A DNA stretch of 40,489 nucleotides, taken from the IMG/VR virus record IMGVR_UViG_2713896773_000021; one strand, written 5' to 3'. The DNA is from a virus (lineage: Duplodnaviria; Heunggongvirae; Uroviricota; Caudoviricetes). This document shows positions 8,652-19,189 of this stretch, one piece after another. Below the pieces are notes generated by a model. It did no database searches, was not told the DNA's origin, and saw only the letters and a program-made list of their open reading frames with translations. Both the position numbers and the translations under genes were made by a program. Positions within the stretch are counted from its first letter, which is position 1, and each line of letters opens with the position of its first letter.

Positions 8652-10154
8652 TTAAGCTCCTGTTGATTCAGCCCGAGTGCGGAACTGATTGAGCAGCGCG
8701 AAAATGCGCAACTGGTTCATGAGGGTTCCCGGCCACAGCACATCGACGCGGTTCGGATTTTTGGCGTTCTGCTCGACGATGATATTTTTTGCGAATGCCT
8801 CCGCATCCTGCGCATAACCGTTCCATACCAGAGTCTGGTACTCGGCAATCTGATCGGCCTTGATAATGTTTGGCGTGACGATCGCCGCGCCAGGTGCAAA
8901 TCGGGTTCCATCCGCAGCAAGCTTCATACGGCCAAACTTGCTGGTCACCGCTGTGCGCAGGTAGCGGGTCACAAACATCAGGCTGAACAGCGTCTCCACT
9001 TCCAGATAACTGTCATCTGCATCGCCATAGCTGTTTTTCTGGTAGGTGGTGATCAGGTTTTCAATGCGCACCGTGCCATCGTCATCGACCGTAAATGTCG
9101 AAATGCCGCTGTACAGCAGATTGTTACGCTCGGTCAGCTCAAAGCGATCCTGCAGTTCTGGCGCAAGCACCCCCTGAACAGCGAGCGACTGTAGCGGGCG
9201 GCCGGGGTCATTACGCAGACTCACCGCAGCTGCGCCGGTGTAAGCTGCAGACCATGCCCAGGAAGGGGACGGCGATTTATTTACGCCCAGCAGGGTCTCA
9301 TGCTGGTTATTGCGCAGCTCACCTTTGGTACCGAGCTGGGCGTAAGTCCCGGTGGTGGTACCAAAGGAATGGCCATAAAGCTGCTTGTCCCATGCCCAGC
9401 GACCGCCAGTGTCTGACAGGAACTCCTTCATCACATTCAACGAGGTTGTATCGTCGTAAGGGTTGATGATGAAATCGAATGTCCGATCCTGCAGGTTTGC
9501 CAGCTCGCCGGTAATATCCGGAGCCCCGACTCCGTTAGACATAGCAGTAATCGTCAGTTCCAGGCCTGCAGGTGTGGACTCGCCTCCAGGTAAGCCGAGG
9601 AAGTTCAGGCGAATGTCGATCCCATTACCCGTAGCACCAAGATTCTTCGCGGTCAGGGTTACGGTATCCGTAGTCGCACTGGCGGTTACAGGTAGCGTGG
9701 TTTTTGCGTTAATCGCCGCGGCCAGAGAGGTGGCGATCGCTGCCACCGTATCTGTTGCTACAACGGTCAACTGAATGCGCTCACCAGCAATATAAAGGGA
9801 GATCACTCCGGTTGCCGTCGGTGCGCTGCTCACTCTAATGGTGCCGGTTGCAGCCACCATGGAATCGGAGTCTTCCTCCAGCGGCAGGATCCAGACTTCG
9901 GCTGCGGTATCATTTTTCTGATACGCCGCCATCATGGCCTGCAGAATTCCCCCTTTTCCTGTCAGCTCACCGACGGTATCCGAAGAGGAAACTCGCTGCG
10001 GAATACCAGGGAGGGTTGAGCCGGTACTGAGCATCCCACCGATAAGCAGGGTGCGCTGCGTGGCAGTGGCGTTATTCGCCATTGAGTTATCAAACTCAAC
10101 GAAGAAAAGCCCTACCCGCAGGTTATCGGGAACACGAGCGAAAGGTACGGTCAT
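8652..10154 (-). CDS. Contractile tail sheath protein (Mu gpL-like)
   Basis: 500-aa ORF with GGGAGAA RBS; size and position (before tube) match myovirus sheath. Confidence 0.75.
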   Translation of the reverse strand: MTVPFARVPDNLRVGLFFVEFDNSMANNATATQRTLLIGGMLSTGSTLPGIPQRVSSSDTVGELTGKGGILQAMMAAYQKNDTAAEVWILPLEEDSDSMVAATGTIRVSSAPTATGVISLYIAGERIQLTVVATDTVAAIATSLAAAINAKTTLPVTASATTDTVTLTAKNLGATGNGIDIRLNFLGLPGGESTPAGLELTITAMSNGVGAPDITGELANLQDRTFDFIINPYDDTTSLNVMKEFLSDTGGRWAWDKQLYGHSFGTTTGTYAQLGTKGELRNNQHETLLGVNKSPSPSWAWSAAYTGAAAVSLRNDPGRPLQSLAVQGVLAPELQDRFELTERNNLLYSGISTFTVDDDGTVRIENLITTYQKNSYGDADDSYLEVETLFSLMFVTRYLRTAVTSKFGRMKLAADGTRFAPGAAIVTPNIIKADQIAEYQTLVWNGYAQDAEAFAKNIIVEQNAKNPNRVDVLWPGTLMNQLRIFALLNQFRTRAESTGA

Positions 10155-10348
10155 TCATTTTCTCCCGCTTTTTTAGGTAATGATTGTTTCTCTGGCGCGC
10201 CCTCATCCTTTTTAGAGAGGATCACGTCCCCATCGCTCAGACGGCGACGCCAGAAAATATTGTCAGGTACTTCAGCACCCTCTTTAGGCAATGGGATGCC
10301 CTTGACGGGGCAGCGAACGCTGAGCCCGTTGTTCGGCTTAACAAACAT
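10151..10348 (-). CDS. Small tail-associated protein (DUF2635-like)
   Basis: 65-aa ORF, ATGA-coupled to sheath start. Confidence 0.4.
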   Translation of the reverse strand: MFVKPNNGLSVRCPVKGIPLPKEGAEVPDNIFWRRRLSDGDVILSKKDEGAPEKQSLPKKAGENE

Positions 10349-10351
10349 GGA

Positions 10352-10897
10352 TTACTCCTGAAGATTGAGGCTGATACCCGGTTTAACTGTGCCGTCTGGC
10401 ATGTCGACCGCAATATCCATGCCCTCAAGGGGAACCGACTGGACAGGATAAAAATCTTCCGGCCCCTGGTAATGCTCTATGTCGATCTCGAAAAGAAGCT
10501 GCCCCATATGGGCCTCTCCTTCTGAATCAACATTGATGGTTGAACGAACTTCCGCGTATTTCTGAATATTCCGCGTCAGTTCGTAGCTGTTGATCACCGC
10601 GCGCTCCACCTGCTCGCGAAGGCTTTCAAGCGCCAGCTCTGCCCGCATGGCTCCATCATCCACTGTATCGCCGTCATACTCCTGAACGCGCCCAGTGATC
10701 CTGACAGTGGTGAGGGTGGTAAAAGCAGGGGTATTACGCCCCTGTGATTTTTTCTGTTCAAAAGGCGTCTGAACCAACAACACAGGATACATATCTGGTG
10801 AAGTTGACCAGTCGCGTGGAGAGAATACGCGGTCGCCCGCGCTGGTTGTCCCGGTTAGTGCAGTGACAACCATTTGCCGTATCGCTGCTGAATTCAT
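10352..10897 (-). CDS. Virion neck / tail completion protein (assigned by position)
   Basis: 181-aa ORF between head-tail joining gene and sheath. Confidence 0.4.
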   Translation of the reverse strand: MNSAAIRQMVVTALTGTTSAGDRVFSPRDWSTSPDMYPVLLVQTPFEQKKSQGRNTPAFTTLTTVRITGRVQEYDGDTVDDGAMRAELALESLREQVERAVINSYELTRNIQKYAEVRSTINVDSEGEAHMGQLLFEIDIEHYQGPEDFYPVQSVPLEGMDIAVDMPDGTVKPGISLNLQE

Positions 10898-11253
10898 CGC
10901 GGTTTTACCACATTGAGGACAAGACGAGATCCGCCATGACTGTCGGGTTCGACGTTTGACACAACAAATAACTGATTGATGATGTGACCACCGACCGTCT
11001 TTATAAATACCCGGTCAGATACAGCAGGTTGCGATTTACCCAGCTTGCGAAATTCAGCATCGCGCACACCCAACATCGGGCTGGAGGTGTTAATTTCTGA
11101 ATCGCCATCAAGGTTTTCAGCAACCTGCGCATAACCACGGTCAAAAATCCCGTTAATTGTAAAAGGAGTACCGTTACGTGGACGGTACTCGTGCTCATCG
11201 CCAAAGACATCATGCAGCGGACTCAGAAGATGAGAATCCCAGTCCACGCCCAT
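10894..11253 (-). CDS. Head-tail joining protein, FII-like (by position and size)
   Basis: Start taken at ATG 11253 (MGVDWDS...), ~119 aa; the longer 11358 start would overlap the upstream gene. Confidence 0.4.
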   Translation of the reverse strand: MGVDWDSHLLSPLHDVFGDEHEYRPRNGTPFTINGIFDRGYAQVAENLDGDSEINTSSPMLGVRDAEFRKLGKSQPAVSDRVFIKTVGGHIINQLFVVSNVEPDSHGGSRLVLNVVKPR

Positions 11254-11257
11254 GTCA

Positions 11258-11638
11258 TTACCCTGTCGTAACTGAAACTGATGGCTGAGAAGCAAGAACT
11301 CGCTTACGAAGCACATCAACATCAGCAATAACGCCGGACTGCAGAAGACGCTCAGCATCTTTGCCGGTTACAGGGATGCGCATATTTTCGCGGTACATCT
11401 CCCCGTCATGACGAATGCAATTCCCTTTCAACACCACATACTCCTGCGATTCAGTGTCTCCGGATTTTTCGTCACCACCATCGTCATCAACAGACAATTC
11501 GGCATCATCTGTTTTGCTCAAAGGCTGTTTTTCCTGGGTGTTATCGCCAGCATTCAGGTCGTCAACGCTCAGGCCGTCTTTGGCAGATCCTTCTGCATTC
11601 AGATCATCAGCCAGCCCGGTATTAGGTTGTTTTGCCAT
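11258..11638 (-). CDS. Acidic head-associated protein, FI-like by position
   Basis: Start at ATG 11638 (MAKQPNTG...) just after capsid stop 11640. Confidence 0.35.
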   Translation of the reverse strand: MAKQPNTGLADDLNAEGSAKDGLSVDDLNAGDNTQEKQPLSKTDDAELSVDDDGGDEKSGDTESQEYVVLKGNCIRHDGEMYRENMRIPVTGKDAERLLQSGVIADVDVLRKRVLASQPSVSVTTG

Positions 11639-11639
11639 A

Positions 11640-12689
11640 TCAGACCACCGTTGCGCAGAGGGATGCATTTACCCGGCTCGGAATAACCAGCGGGGAGGAT
11701 TGCATCAGGATAAGACGCTGGGCTGGATCTTCTTTCACCCAGGATTTTGGCGCATAAGCCAGCGGACCGTAGTTGAAAGCCGGGTCCAGGATAACGCCAA
11801 ATGCGCGGGTACCCATCAGATCGGCACCACTCATAATGACAGCGCCATCGGGGATCATAGGCTTCTCGACGTTGTCCAGCGGGTCAATAAACCAGTCGTT
11901 ATATAACCAGAGGTCAAAGTTACCCCAGCGCCCTTTATAAATTGCGCCCTTCATTACCTGTGGGCCGGCGTTAATCTGGTTACCAAACGGGCTCAGCGCC
12001 GGGAATGTAATGGCGTTATCCTTGATGGTGGTATCCAGTCGGAATGCACGCCATGACTTATTCGTAAAGACCAGATCCGTGGCGACAGAGCCGGACTCTT
12101 TCAGGAAAGTAGTCTGCCAGATTTCAATGTCATCTGATGGCTGGGTATTGGTAGCGCCAGCTGCAACGGTCAGTGGCCATTTATCCGAGCCGCTAAGAGT
12201 GATGGTCAGATCCGAAGCACGCCCGAAATCCACCACCTGAGTTTCATAGCCCTCCCCGGCGACGGTTACGGTCCCGGACACCAGCGCACTCGCCGCCATC
12301 CATTCCAGACGACGGTTGATCATGTCAATCTGGTCAGTCATTTCAAACTGAAGGTTCAGCATTTCGCGCTCGGCAGCGGTATATTCCCCGCCAATACGCT
12401 CACCAATCTGGCGGCGGATAGGTTTGCGCAGGTCCGGCGCGCGCTTATCTTTGATGTATGCCGGTTTGAAGGTATTGGTCTGGTATTTACGGGATTCGAC
12501 CAGCTTACCTTCCACCAGCGGGGAGACGAACGGCGCCATACGACGCAGGCCGACATCAACATCAATCGCCACTTCTTCAGTCTCGTAAGTCACGACATTC
12601 GGGAAGAAGCGATCGAGCAGCCAGTTCTGACTGGTTTTCAGGTTAGGAACAACCTGCACCAGCACGCTGGTATCAAAAATATTTTCCAT
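11640..12689 (-). CDS. Major capsid protein (lambda gpE-like)
   Basis: Start at ATG 12689 (MENIFDTSVLVQVVPNLKTSQNWLLDRFFP...); follows decoration gene as in lambda. Confidence 0.8.
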   Translation of the reverse strand: MENIFDTSVLVQVVPNLKTSQNWLLDRFFPNVVTYETEEVAIDVDVGLRRMAPFVSPLVEGKLVESRKYQTNTFKPAYIKDKRAPDLRKPIRRQIGERIGGEYTAAEREMLNLQFEMTDQIDMINRRLEWMAASALVSGTVTVAGEGYETQVVDFGRASDLTITLSGSDKWPLTVAAGATNTQPSDDIEIWQTTFLKESGSVATDLVFTNKSWRAFRLDTTIKDNAITFPALSPFGNQINAGPQVMKGAIYKGRWGNFDLWLYNDWFIDPLDNVEKPMIPDGAVIMSGADLMGTRAFGVILDPAFNYGPLAYAPKSWVKEDPAQRLILMQSSPLVIPSRVNASLCATVV

Positions 12690-12786
12690 ATTCAGTCTCT
12701 TGATAGTGCCAGCCGCAGCTGGCAAAAAATTTAAACGAGCCAGCCCCTGCCGGTTAAAGCATTCGTCAGGAGAGCCGTGGGGGAAA

Positions 12787-13191
12787 TCAGGAGGTGGTTA
12801 CAGGTGCCTGGTCACTGTCTTTCAGGAAGATAGCCAGCGGTCGGAGCGCTTTTTTCAGGTCAGCGGTCGTCCAGGAGTTATCAAAAATAATTCGGTGCTG
12901 GTTGAATTCCCCCATCAGATACAGGCCGCCGTTCTGATCGGAAGACGATGCATCAACATCATCAACCAGAATAGCAACGGGTAACTGACTGCCATCTTCA
13001 GCCGTTTTCACACATTGCGTGTATTTCCCGCTGGCAGCCACCAGGCCCAGGACAGTACCACGCTTAAAGGCACCGCCCGTAATGATCCCGGTGTCAGTCA
13101 CCAGCTGGAGCGTGCCAGCGACAAGCTGATCCGGAACAAACAGCGCGCTCTTCATGCCAGGCGCAAACGCATTCTGACCAAACTGATCCAT
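12787..13191 (-). CDS. Head decoration protein (lambda gpD-like)
   Basis: 134-aa ORF between scaffold and capsid genes. Confidence 0.6.
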   Translation of the reverse strand: MDQFGQNAFAPGMKSALFVPDQLVAGTLQLVTDTGIITGGAFKRGTVLGLVAASGKYTQCVKTAEDGSQLPVAILVDDVDASSSDQNGGLYLMGEFNQHRIIFDNSWTTADLKKALRPLAIFLKDSDQAPVTTS

Positions 13192-13781
13192 TATTTCTCT
13201 CCTCTTGTGGAGTTGTAGAGGCCGGTCATTTTACTTACCAGCGCAGACTTTCCGGTCTCTTTCTGTCCGCTATCCGGATTAAGCCGGACCTGGTGGCTTT
13301 CCTGCATACGCTGATCGAGAGAGCGTTTACGGGATGGCTGAGATGCGGCTGCGGCCGGAGCCGAAGAGGCCAGGACATTAATTGCTGCCGCAGAACTCAT
13401 CCCGGTATTGAAAGCCAGTGACGCGGCCAGTGAAGGATTCGCAGCTGCATGCTTACTGCCGAAAATACGGGCGCAGCGTTTACGCTCAGCAGCGCGTGCA
13501 TTTTTTACCGCCTTACTCTCTTTGCGATCGTCGTCGCCGTCGTCTTCAGAATCATCATCTTCTGACGCATCCGGATCATCGCCGTCATCTTCAGCATCAT
13601 CGTCGCGTTCGTCTTCTTCCGCGTCGTCGTCGCGCTCATCATCATCGGCATCATCTTCGCGCTCGTCCTCTTCCGCGCGACGGGCTTTCGCTTTTTTGGC
13701 TTTTTTATCCTCTTCTTCCTCAGAAGCGGAAGGGCCAAGACCAATGAGGTGAGCAAAACTAAACGTCTTTTTCTTTGCCAT
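13191..13781 (-). CDS. Scaffolding-like protein with long Asp/Glu-rich tract
   Basis: Start at ATG 13781 (MAKKKTFSFAHLIGLGP...) with AGGAG RBS; acidic repeats EEDEREDDADDDERDDDAEEDERDDDAEDDGDD. Confidence 0.5.
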   Translation of the reverse strand: MAKKKTFSFAHLIGLGPSASEEEEDKKAKKAKARRAEEDEREDDADDDERDDDAEEDERDDDAEDDGDDPDASEDDDSEDDGDDDRKESKAVKNARAAERKRCARIFGSKHAAANPSLAASLAFNTGMSSAAAINVLASSAPAAAASQPSRKRSLDQRMQESHQVRLNPDSGQKETGKSALVSKMTGLYNSTRGEK

Positions 13782-13782
13782 T

Positions 13783-14649
13783 TCAGGCTCCTGTTTTTTC
13801 AAGTAAGTTTTTGAACGCAGCGTCAGGAGGACACACCTCATCAGCCAGTCCAATTTCAACGCCATCAGCAGCCATAAAACAGGCGGCCTGGGTACTTTTT
13901 ATAACCTTTGCGCTAATCCCCCGGTTTCTGGCAACAGTGTTCACAAACAATTCGCCCATGGTGTTAATGTCCTGCTGGATGGCGGCCAGCGCTTCATCTG
14001 ACAACTCTCTCAGCGGCGAACCTTCAGCCTTGCGGGATCCATAGGTGATGATCGTAACTTTAAGACCGTCATCTTTAATCCGCTGCGTCCAGTCAAGGTG
14101 CATGGTGATCACACCCACAGAACCCACTCCGCCGGTGCGCGGAACAGAAATCCGGTCCGCTGCACTGGCAATGGCATACGCAGCGGAATAAGCGCTTTCC
14201 GTCAGAATGGCATGGATAGGCTTTTTCCCCCGGGAGCCGTAAATGACATCAACCAGATCGAAGCATCCAGCGACCTCGCCGCCGGGTGAGTCGATATCCA
14301 GGCAAATGCCCGAAATGTCGGGATCTTCCATCGCAGTAAGAAACGCCTGACGAATGCCGTCATACCCTGTCATTCCACTGTACGGACGCAGACTGCCCAG
14401 TTTTTGCACCAGCGTTCCGCATATCGGGATGACGGCGACACCCAGCACATTGTCATAACCCGGATCACTACGGGATTCACGTCCCCGGTTATCGTCATAT
14501 CCGTACCAGTCATCCTCCATGGCAAGAGAAGATTCGATTTTACTGATACCAAATCGGTCCATTACGGATGCCATGATGACTTCGGCTTTACTCGGGTGCA
14601 GCGCCAGCGGGGTGTTAAATAATCGCTGGGCCAGATGGGGTAGATTCAC
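13783..14649 (-). CDS. Prohead maturation protease (S49 / ClpP-fold, lambda gpC-like)
   Basis: 288-aa ORF ATGA-coupled to portal stop. Confidence 0.7.
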   Translation of the reverse strand: MNLPHLAQRLFNTPLALHPSKAEVIMASVMDRFGISKIESSLAMEDDWYGYDDNRGRESRSDPGYDNVLGVAVIPICGTLVQKLGSLRPYSGMTGYDGIRQAFLTAMEDPDISGICLDIDSPGGEVAGCFDLVDVIYGSRGKKPIHAILTESAYSAAYAIASAADRISVPRTGGVGSVGVITMHLDWTQRIKDDGLKVTIITYGSRKAEGSPLRELSDEALAAIQQDINTMGELFVNTVARNRGISAKVIKSTQAACFMAADGVEIGLADEVCPPDAAFKNLLEKTGA

Positions 14650-16283
14650 TTTTCCTCCGGATCGGTAATGGTCTGGCTCGCAAACTGGTCAGCCTGTGCC
14701 CAGCTCGGAAGCGGTAATCCGCGTTTAAGACATGACTCAATTTCTCTCTGGCGCTGATCAAGCACTTCTTCCCAGTCTTCACCGACGTTTTCACCCACCT
14801 CAATCTCGAGGGTGGAAAGTCCGGCATCCAGACCAAGAATGGCGCCTTTTTTCTCTGCAACCGGATCCACCCAGCCGCGCCCTGGCCCCATCCAGCGCGC
14901 GCGAGAATACGCGGCTCTGGCGTCAACAAAATCAGGTGCGCCTGCGGGCAGGGGTAAATCCTCATTGTCGTGAACTTCTTCAACAAAGGCGGTGAGAATG
15001 GGCTGAGCGAAGCCGGTAGAAAAATCGTCCCGGCGGCGAGTCAGTGTTTTCCATGCCTCCAGCAACGAGGAGCGTGCAGAACTGTAGTTAACGTCAGACC
15101 AGTCCTGGGTGACCTGCTGTGGGGACAACCCTGTTCCTGAAGAAAAATTACGGAGAACAGCAGATTCGAAGACTTCAAAATTGCTGTAGGGCCGCGCCGC
15201 GTTAACCGTCGTGATTTTCTCACCAGGATAAAGAATGGGCATTCGGGCACCATTCTGAAGTGTCAGACGCCGATCGTTATGGAACTCAACACGCCCGTCC
15301 TGATAAGTGCCTAACTCCGACTCGTCATAGGTCTCGCCCAGGGCAGACTGAACCATCGCAGGGTCATAGGGTGACTCAATGTAAGCGGCAAATATGGCAT
15401 TAAGAATTGCTGCCTCAAGCTCACTCTGGTCATACTTCACCAGCATTTTCAGACGCTGAATAACCGGAGTCAGGATGCCGTTACCGCGGTGCTGCGCGCC
15501 ACGCTCATGATCAAAATCGTGAACCACATGCGGGCGGCCCCAGTCAGTTTCACGCGGGATACGCTGCCACGTCATGGTTTTAGCCCCGCTCCACCAGTCA
15601 CCGATATGGGCCTCCCTGATGTGGTAAGCAACCGGCGCACCGTCCGCATCAATTTCAACGCCACCACGGACATTTGGCATATCGAAATTCTGCTGAGGAT
15701 TACTGAGGCGGTCAGGATCGACAATCTGTACCGTGGTGGCGTAACGCCCTCTTCCGGGACCAAGCCTGTCAGTTCTGTACTGGAGAATGGCCAGAGCATC
15801 CCCGTCAATAAGCTTATGACGAAATCCCAGGCGTAACATCTGCGACACGGTGAGTTTTCGTTCAACATCACAATACCGGCCAGGATCGTTACTCCAGGTC
15901 CGCCAGTGCCCGTCCAGTGCTTTTCCGTACTCTTCCGCCCAGGACGCATCAAACGCCTTGTTTCCGGTGATCATTCTGAGAACACGGTAATCGGGTTTCA
16001 TGATGGGGCGGAAGTTGGCACCAACCGCATTATCCAGCAGACGTGTGACCGCACCGTTTGCCCAGCCGTCATTACGGACCAGATCGCGTGCGCGGGACAC
16101 GATGCGATCCCGGTAAATGTTAATTTCATTGTCCGGGGACCACAGCGCGGGTTGCCAGTTCGCCAGTTGATCGCTGAAAGAGTCAGCTGCGTCATAAGGT
16201 ACGCGGCTCCCCCCCACCAGCATAGAGGGACGCTGCTGTCGCAACGGCTGCCCATCAGAGCCCAGTATCTGTACTTTATTCAT
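14646..16283 (-). CDS. Portal protein (lambda gpB family)
   Basis: 545-aa ORF downstream of terminase and W-like gene. Confidence 0.8.
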   Translation of the reverse strand: MNKVQILGSDGQPLRQQRPSMLVGGSRVPYDAADSFSDQLANWQPALWSPDNEINIYRDRIVSRARDLVRNDGWANGAVTRLLDNAVGANFRPIMKPDYRVLRMITGNKAFDASWAEEYGKALDGHWRTWSNDPGRYCDVERKLTVSQMLRLGFRHKLIDGDALAILQYRTDRLGPGRGRYATTVQIVDPDRLSNPQQNFDMPNVRGGVEIDADGAPVAYHIREAHIGDWWSGAKTMTWQRIPRETDWGRPHVVHDFDHERGAQHRGNGILTPVIQRLKMLVKYDQSELEAAILNAIFAAYIESPYDPAMVQSALGETYDESELGTYQDGRVEFHNDRRLTLQNGARMPILYPGEKITTVNAARPYSNFEVFESAVLRNFSSGTGLSPQQVTQDWSDVNYSSARSSLLEAWKTLTRRRDDFSTGFAQPILTAFVEEVHDNEDLPLPAGAPDFVDARAAYSRARWMGPGRGWVDPVAEKKGAILGLDAGLSTLEIEVGENVGEDWEEVLDQRQREIESCLKRGLPLPSWAQADQFASQTITDPEEK

Positions 16284-16546
16284 CAGAATCTAAACCTCGC
16301 TGGTTTCCGGGGACGAGAGATAATCCCCAGTTGCGCCTGCAGAAGTTGAATCAGGGCCAGCAGATCAGCCAGGGTGCTTTGCTGATAGGACACTGATCGC
16401 GTCCCGTCTCCCTGCGTATAGGAAAACGAAACACCGTGGCTCCCGGTTGCTAAATCAATGTACGCCTGCTGAGCTTTCGCAAGCGCATCCCTGAGCTGAT
16501 CGTCAGTCATTGCGCCGGCAAGCAGGCTGGTGTTCCGGTTGAACAT
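16283..16546 (-). CDS. Head-tail joining protein W-like
   Basis: 87-aa ORF with AAGGAAA RBS; C-terminal part resembles lambda gpW. Confidence 0.5.
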   Translation of the reverse strand: MFNRNTSLLAGAMTDDQLRDALAKAQQAYIDLATGSHGVSFSYTQGDGTRSVSYQQSTLADLLALIQLLQAQLGIISRPRKPARFRF

Positions 16547-16554
16547 GATTTTCC

Positions 16555-18684
16555 TTATTTCGGCAGGAGTTGCGATATTCGCTTACGTTTGACCGGCGCT
16601 GGTTCTTCAATAACCGCACCCGGCAGCTCGTAATTGATTTTTTCTTCCTGTCCAACTGGCGCTGGCAGGAACTTATCCGGATCGGCTACGAGGTTGGCGG
16701 CCCGGACGTTGAGTTTTAACCCCATATGTTTGAGACCGCACAGCGCGGCATAGCTGTAAACGAGGCAGTCAAGCGCTTCGTTAGCTCGTCCTGGTATTGC
16801 TTCCCAGATACTGTACCGCTGCCCGGAAATGACTTTGTAAACCAGTCGCTCCGCCAGCAGCTGATTGAAGTACCCGAGATCGCGATCGTCAGGAAAATGC
16901 ATATAACCCGCAGCGGCGGCGCCAGGTTTGGGTGGCTCAAGATGCAGGCGACCGCGTATCACGTCTTTCGCTGAGTTAACCCCCAGAATGACAGGGCGGA
17001 AACTGGCTTTGCTTTTCGATGATGGTCGTTTGGTCGGCCAGACAGGATTGCGTTTACCTCCCTGTGCAGACTCCCCCTTAATTGCCCAGACACGACGGCC
17101 AAGACGCTCTTTGGCGAATTCGTATACCTTCTGCGTATGGTGGCCACCGGAGTCCATGCACGTTGCCATGATATTCAGGCCGCGCCCGTCACCACGTCGC
17201 CAGATCTGTTTCAGGTATGCATCCAGTCGCTTCCAGGGTTCTTCCGTCTCAAGGTCACCATAAATAACGTCATGCGCGACCGACCACGATTCTTCATCTC
17301 TCCCCCAGCCGGTGATCGTAATTTCGAAGCGATCGTCCTGGGTATCAACTCCAGCTGTTAACAATGCCACCCCGTCCGGAACGACGGCCGGAAATATTTC
17401 CCGGCGCGCCAGCAGAACATCAACAGGGAGCTGTTTCCCATGATTAGGTCGGTGCGGAAGCCCCATCTGGGTATTCCACCACGCCTGTTCCTTATCCGGA
17501 TCGCCCTTCGCATCGATATATTTTTTCGCAATATCCGACGGCTTATCTTTTTGCCAGGGGCTGAAAAGCTTGGATGCCTGGTACCCCGCGTGGTGGTTAT
17601 CGACTGCCTCCTTTCCACAGGAGGGGCAGATTGCGCGATAGACCGCATGCCGTTCCGACTCTGACCATTGCCAGACCTTTTCAACGCTGCCCTCGTCTGC
17701 CGCCCGCCAGGCAAGGTCATAATCCATCAGCGGTGAGTGCCGCTCCCCGCAGCACTCAAATGGGCGCGTCTGATGCCATCGAATAGTGTGCAGAGCTCTG
17801 AGGCGCTGTCCTTCGGACCAGCCACTACCACAGCATTCGCAATAGAGCATCGCCGATTTAGTCAGGTGTTTATCTCCCTCTTTCGGCCACTGAACGTGTT
17901 TGAAAAAGTCGGGGAACTGGCGGTGGCCACAGTGCGGGCAAACCACAGATGCCCGGCGCTGATCGGAGTCGGCGTAGCTGTCAGCAATGCGGCTCTCATC
18001 CTCCACCGTCGGCGAACAGGCGCGTACAGACAGCCAGGTCAGGCCAAATGTCGCTGTACGCTCTTCGGCCAGCGCAATTGGATCGCCTTCGCGGGTTATC
18101 GGGTACTTGTCCACTTCATCCGCCAGCAGGACACGAATCGGACGACGCGCAAGGTTATCAGGGCTACCAGCACCCGCCAGCGCCAGAAATCCGCCAGTGA
18201 ATGCCTTGTAAAGAATGGTTTCTTTCGAGCTTTTCTGTTTCGAATCACCGATGATTTTACGCAGTACCGGCGTCACCCTTACCAGCGGGCTAATACGCTC
18301 TTTCGAAAACTGTTCAGCGGCTTCTTCTTTCGGCTGCAGCAGCAGTATCGGACAAGGATCGAGGTGGGCAAAATAGCCAAAAAGGTTTTCCAGCAGTGCT
18401 GTCTTCATCAACTGGGTACAGCACATTACAGTGATGATATGAACCCCGGACTCCGTCGCGGCAAGCATCGGTCCGCGGGCAATTTCTACCGTCGATGTTT
18501 CCCAGTTTCCCGAAGTGCTCCCAGCCTCTTTTGCCAGCTTACGATAGTCATCTGCCCACTGCGGCACACTGATACGCGGCGGGGGTGTCCAGCCTTTGCG
18601 GACGCTTAATTCAAGACGCTCAATCTTCTGCCGGGTTAAACTCTGGCTCTCCGAGGACTGAGATGTGTTTGTGGACATGTTCAA
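16555..18684 (-). CDS. Terminase large subunit (lambda gpA-like)
   Basis: 709-aa ORF overlapping the 3' end of the small subunit gene as in lambda Nu1/A. Confidence 0.85.
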   Translation of the reverse strand: MNMSTNTSQSSESQSLTRQKIERLELSVRKGWTPPPRISVPQWADDYRKLAKEAGSTSGNWETSTVEIARGPMLAATESGVHIITVMCCTQLMKTALLENLFGYFAHLDPCPILLLQPKEEAAEQFSKERISPLVRVTPVLRKIIGDSKQKSSKETILYKAFTGGFLALAGAGSPDNLARRPIRVLLADEVDKYPITREGDPIALAEERTATFGLTWLSVRACSPTVEDESRIADSYADSDQRRASVVCPHCGHRQFPDFFKHVQWPKEGDKHLTKSAMLYCECCGSGWSEGQRLRALHTIRWHQTRPFECCGERHSPLMDYDLAWRAADEGSVEKVWQWSESERHAVYRAICPSCGKEAVDNHHAGYQASKLFSPWQKDKPSDIAKKYIDAKGDPDKEQAWWNTQMGLPHRPNHGKQLPVDVLLARREIFPAVVPDGVALLTAGVDTQDDRFEITITGWGRDEESWSVAHDVIYGDLETEEPWKRLDAYLKQIWRRGDGRGLNIMATCMDSGGHHTQKVYEFAKERLGRRVWAIKGESAQGGKRNPVWPTKRPSSKSKASFRPVILGVNSAKDVIRGRLHLEPPKPGAAAAGYMHFPDDRDLGYFNQLLAERLVYKVISGQRYSIWEAIPGRANEALDCLVYSYAALCGLKHMGLKLNVRAANLVADPDKFLPAPVGQEEKINYELPGAVIEEPAPVKRKRISQLLPK

Positions 18685-19189
18685 TCAGCACCTCTGTCAT
18701 CCTGTCCGCCGGTACATCCAGATCAGCAGCCATTAGCGGCGCCACCCTGGACGGCCAGTTAAGCCAGGCATCACGCTGTTGGCGAAAGGCGTTGAATAAA
18801 ACCTCCTCGGCTGCTGTCAGCTCAATAAGCTGGCCGCTGTCTTTTTCATACTGCAGCTTTGCCTGCAGGGCCATGTAATTCTCGCGGATACGTCCCGCTT
18901 CCTCTCTCGAAAGATCTGCCCCTTCAGTGAGCATTATCTGGCGGACAGTTTTATTGATTTCATCACCGTCATCATCGTTATCGCTAACGACGGGAGTTTT
19001 CTTTTTCTTCGCGTTCGAGGCGCGCGGGTCTTTGCCATCGCGGTTTTTCTTCAATGCCGCATCGCTGGCCTCTACGTCAATCAGGTCTCCGTCCATCACA
19101 ATGAAGCGCCCGGCTTTAATCCACCGACCAATTGTTTTGCGATCCACACCTGAATGTTGTGCGTACTGACTCTGGTTCATCGTGGTCAT
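18620..19189 (-). CDS. Terminase small subunit (lambda Nu1-like, N-terminal HTH)
   Basis: N-terminus QSQYAQHSGVDRKTIGRWIKAGRF resembles Nu1 HTH (KKQLADIFGASIRTIQNWQEQG); directly preceded by an array of binding-site-like repeats. Confidence 0.6.
   Translation of the reverse strand: MTTMNQSQYAQHSGVDRKTIGRWIKAGRFIVMDGDLIDVEASDAALKKNRDGKDPRASNAKKKKTPVVSDNDDDGDEINKTVRQIMLTEGADLSREEAGRIRENYMALQAKLQYEKDSGQLIELTAAEEVLFNAFRQQRDAWLNWPSRVAPLMAADLDVPADRMTEVLIEHVHKHISVLGEPEFNPAED

Noticed and set aside
13500-13700. Tandem repeat DNA as an independent element
   Set aside because: Repeat is in-frame coding sequence of the acidic scaffold-like protein; no evidence of separate function
13408-13756. Ser-rich and Arg/His-rich ORFs (both strands) over the scaffold gene
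   Set aside because: Alternate-frame and antisense readings of the GA-rich repeat DNA that encodes the Asp/Glu-rich tract of the scaffolding-like protein
17737-18609. 290-aa plus-strand ORF
   Set aside because: Antisense within the large terminase gene; terminase frame is far longer and in operon context
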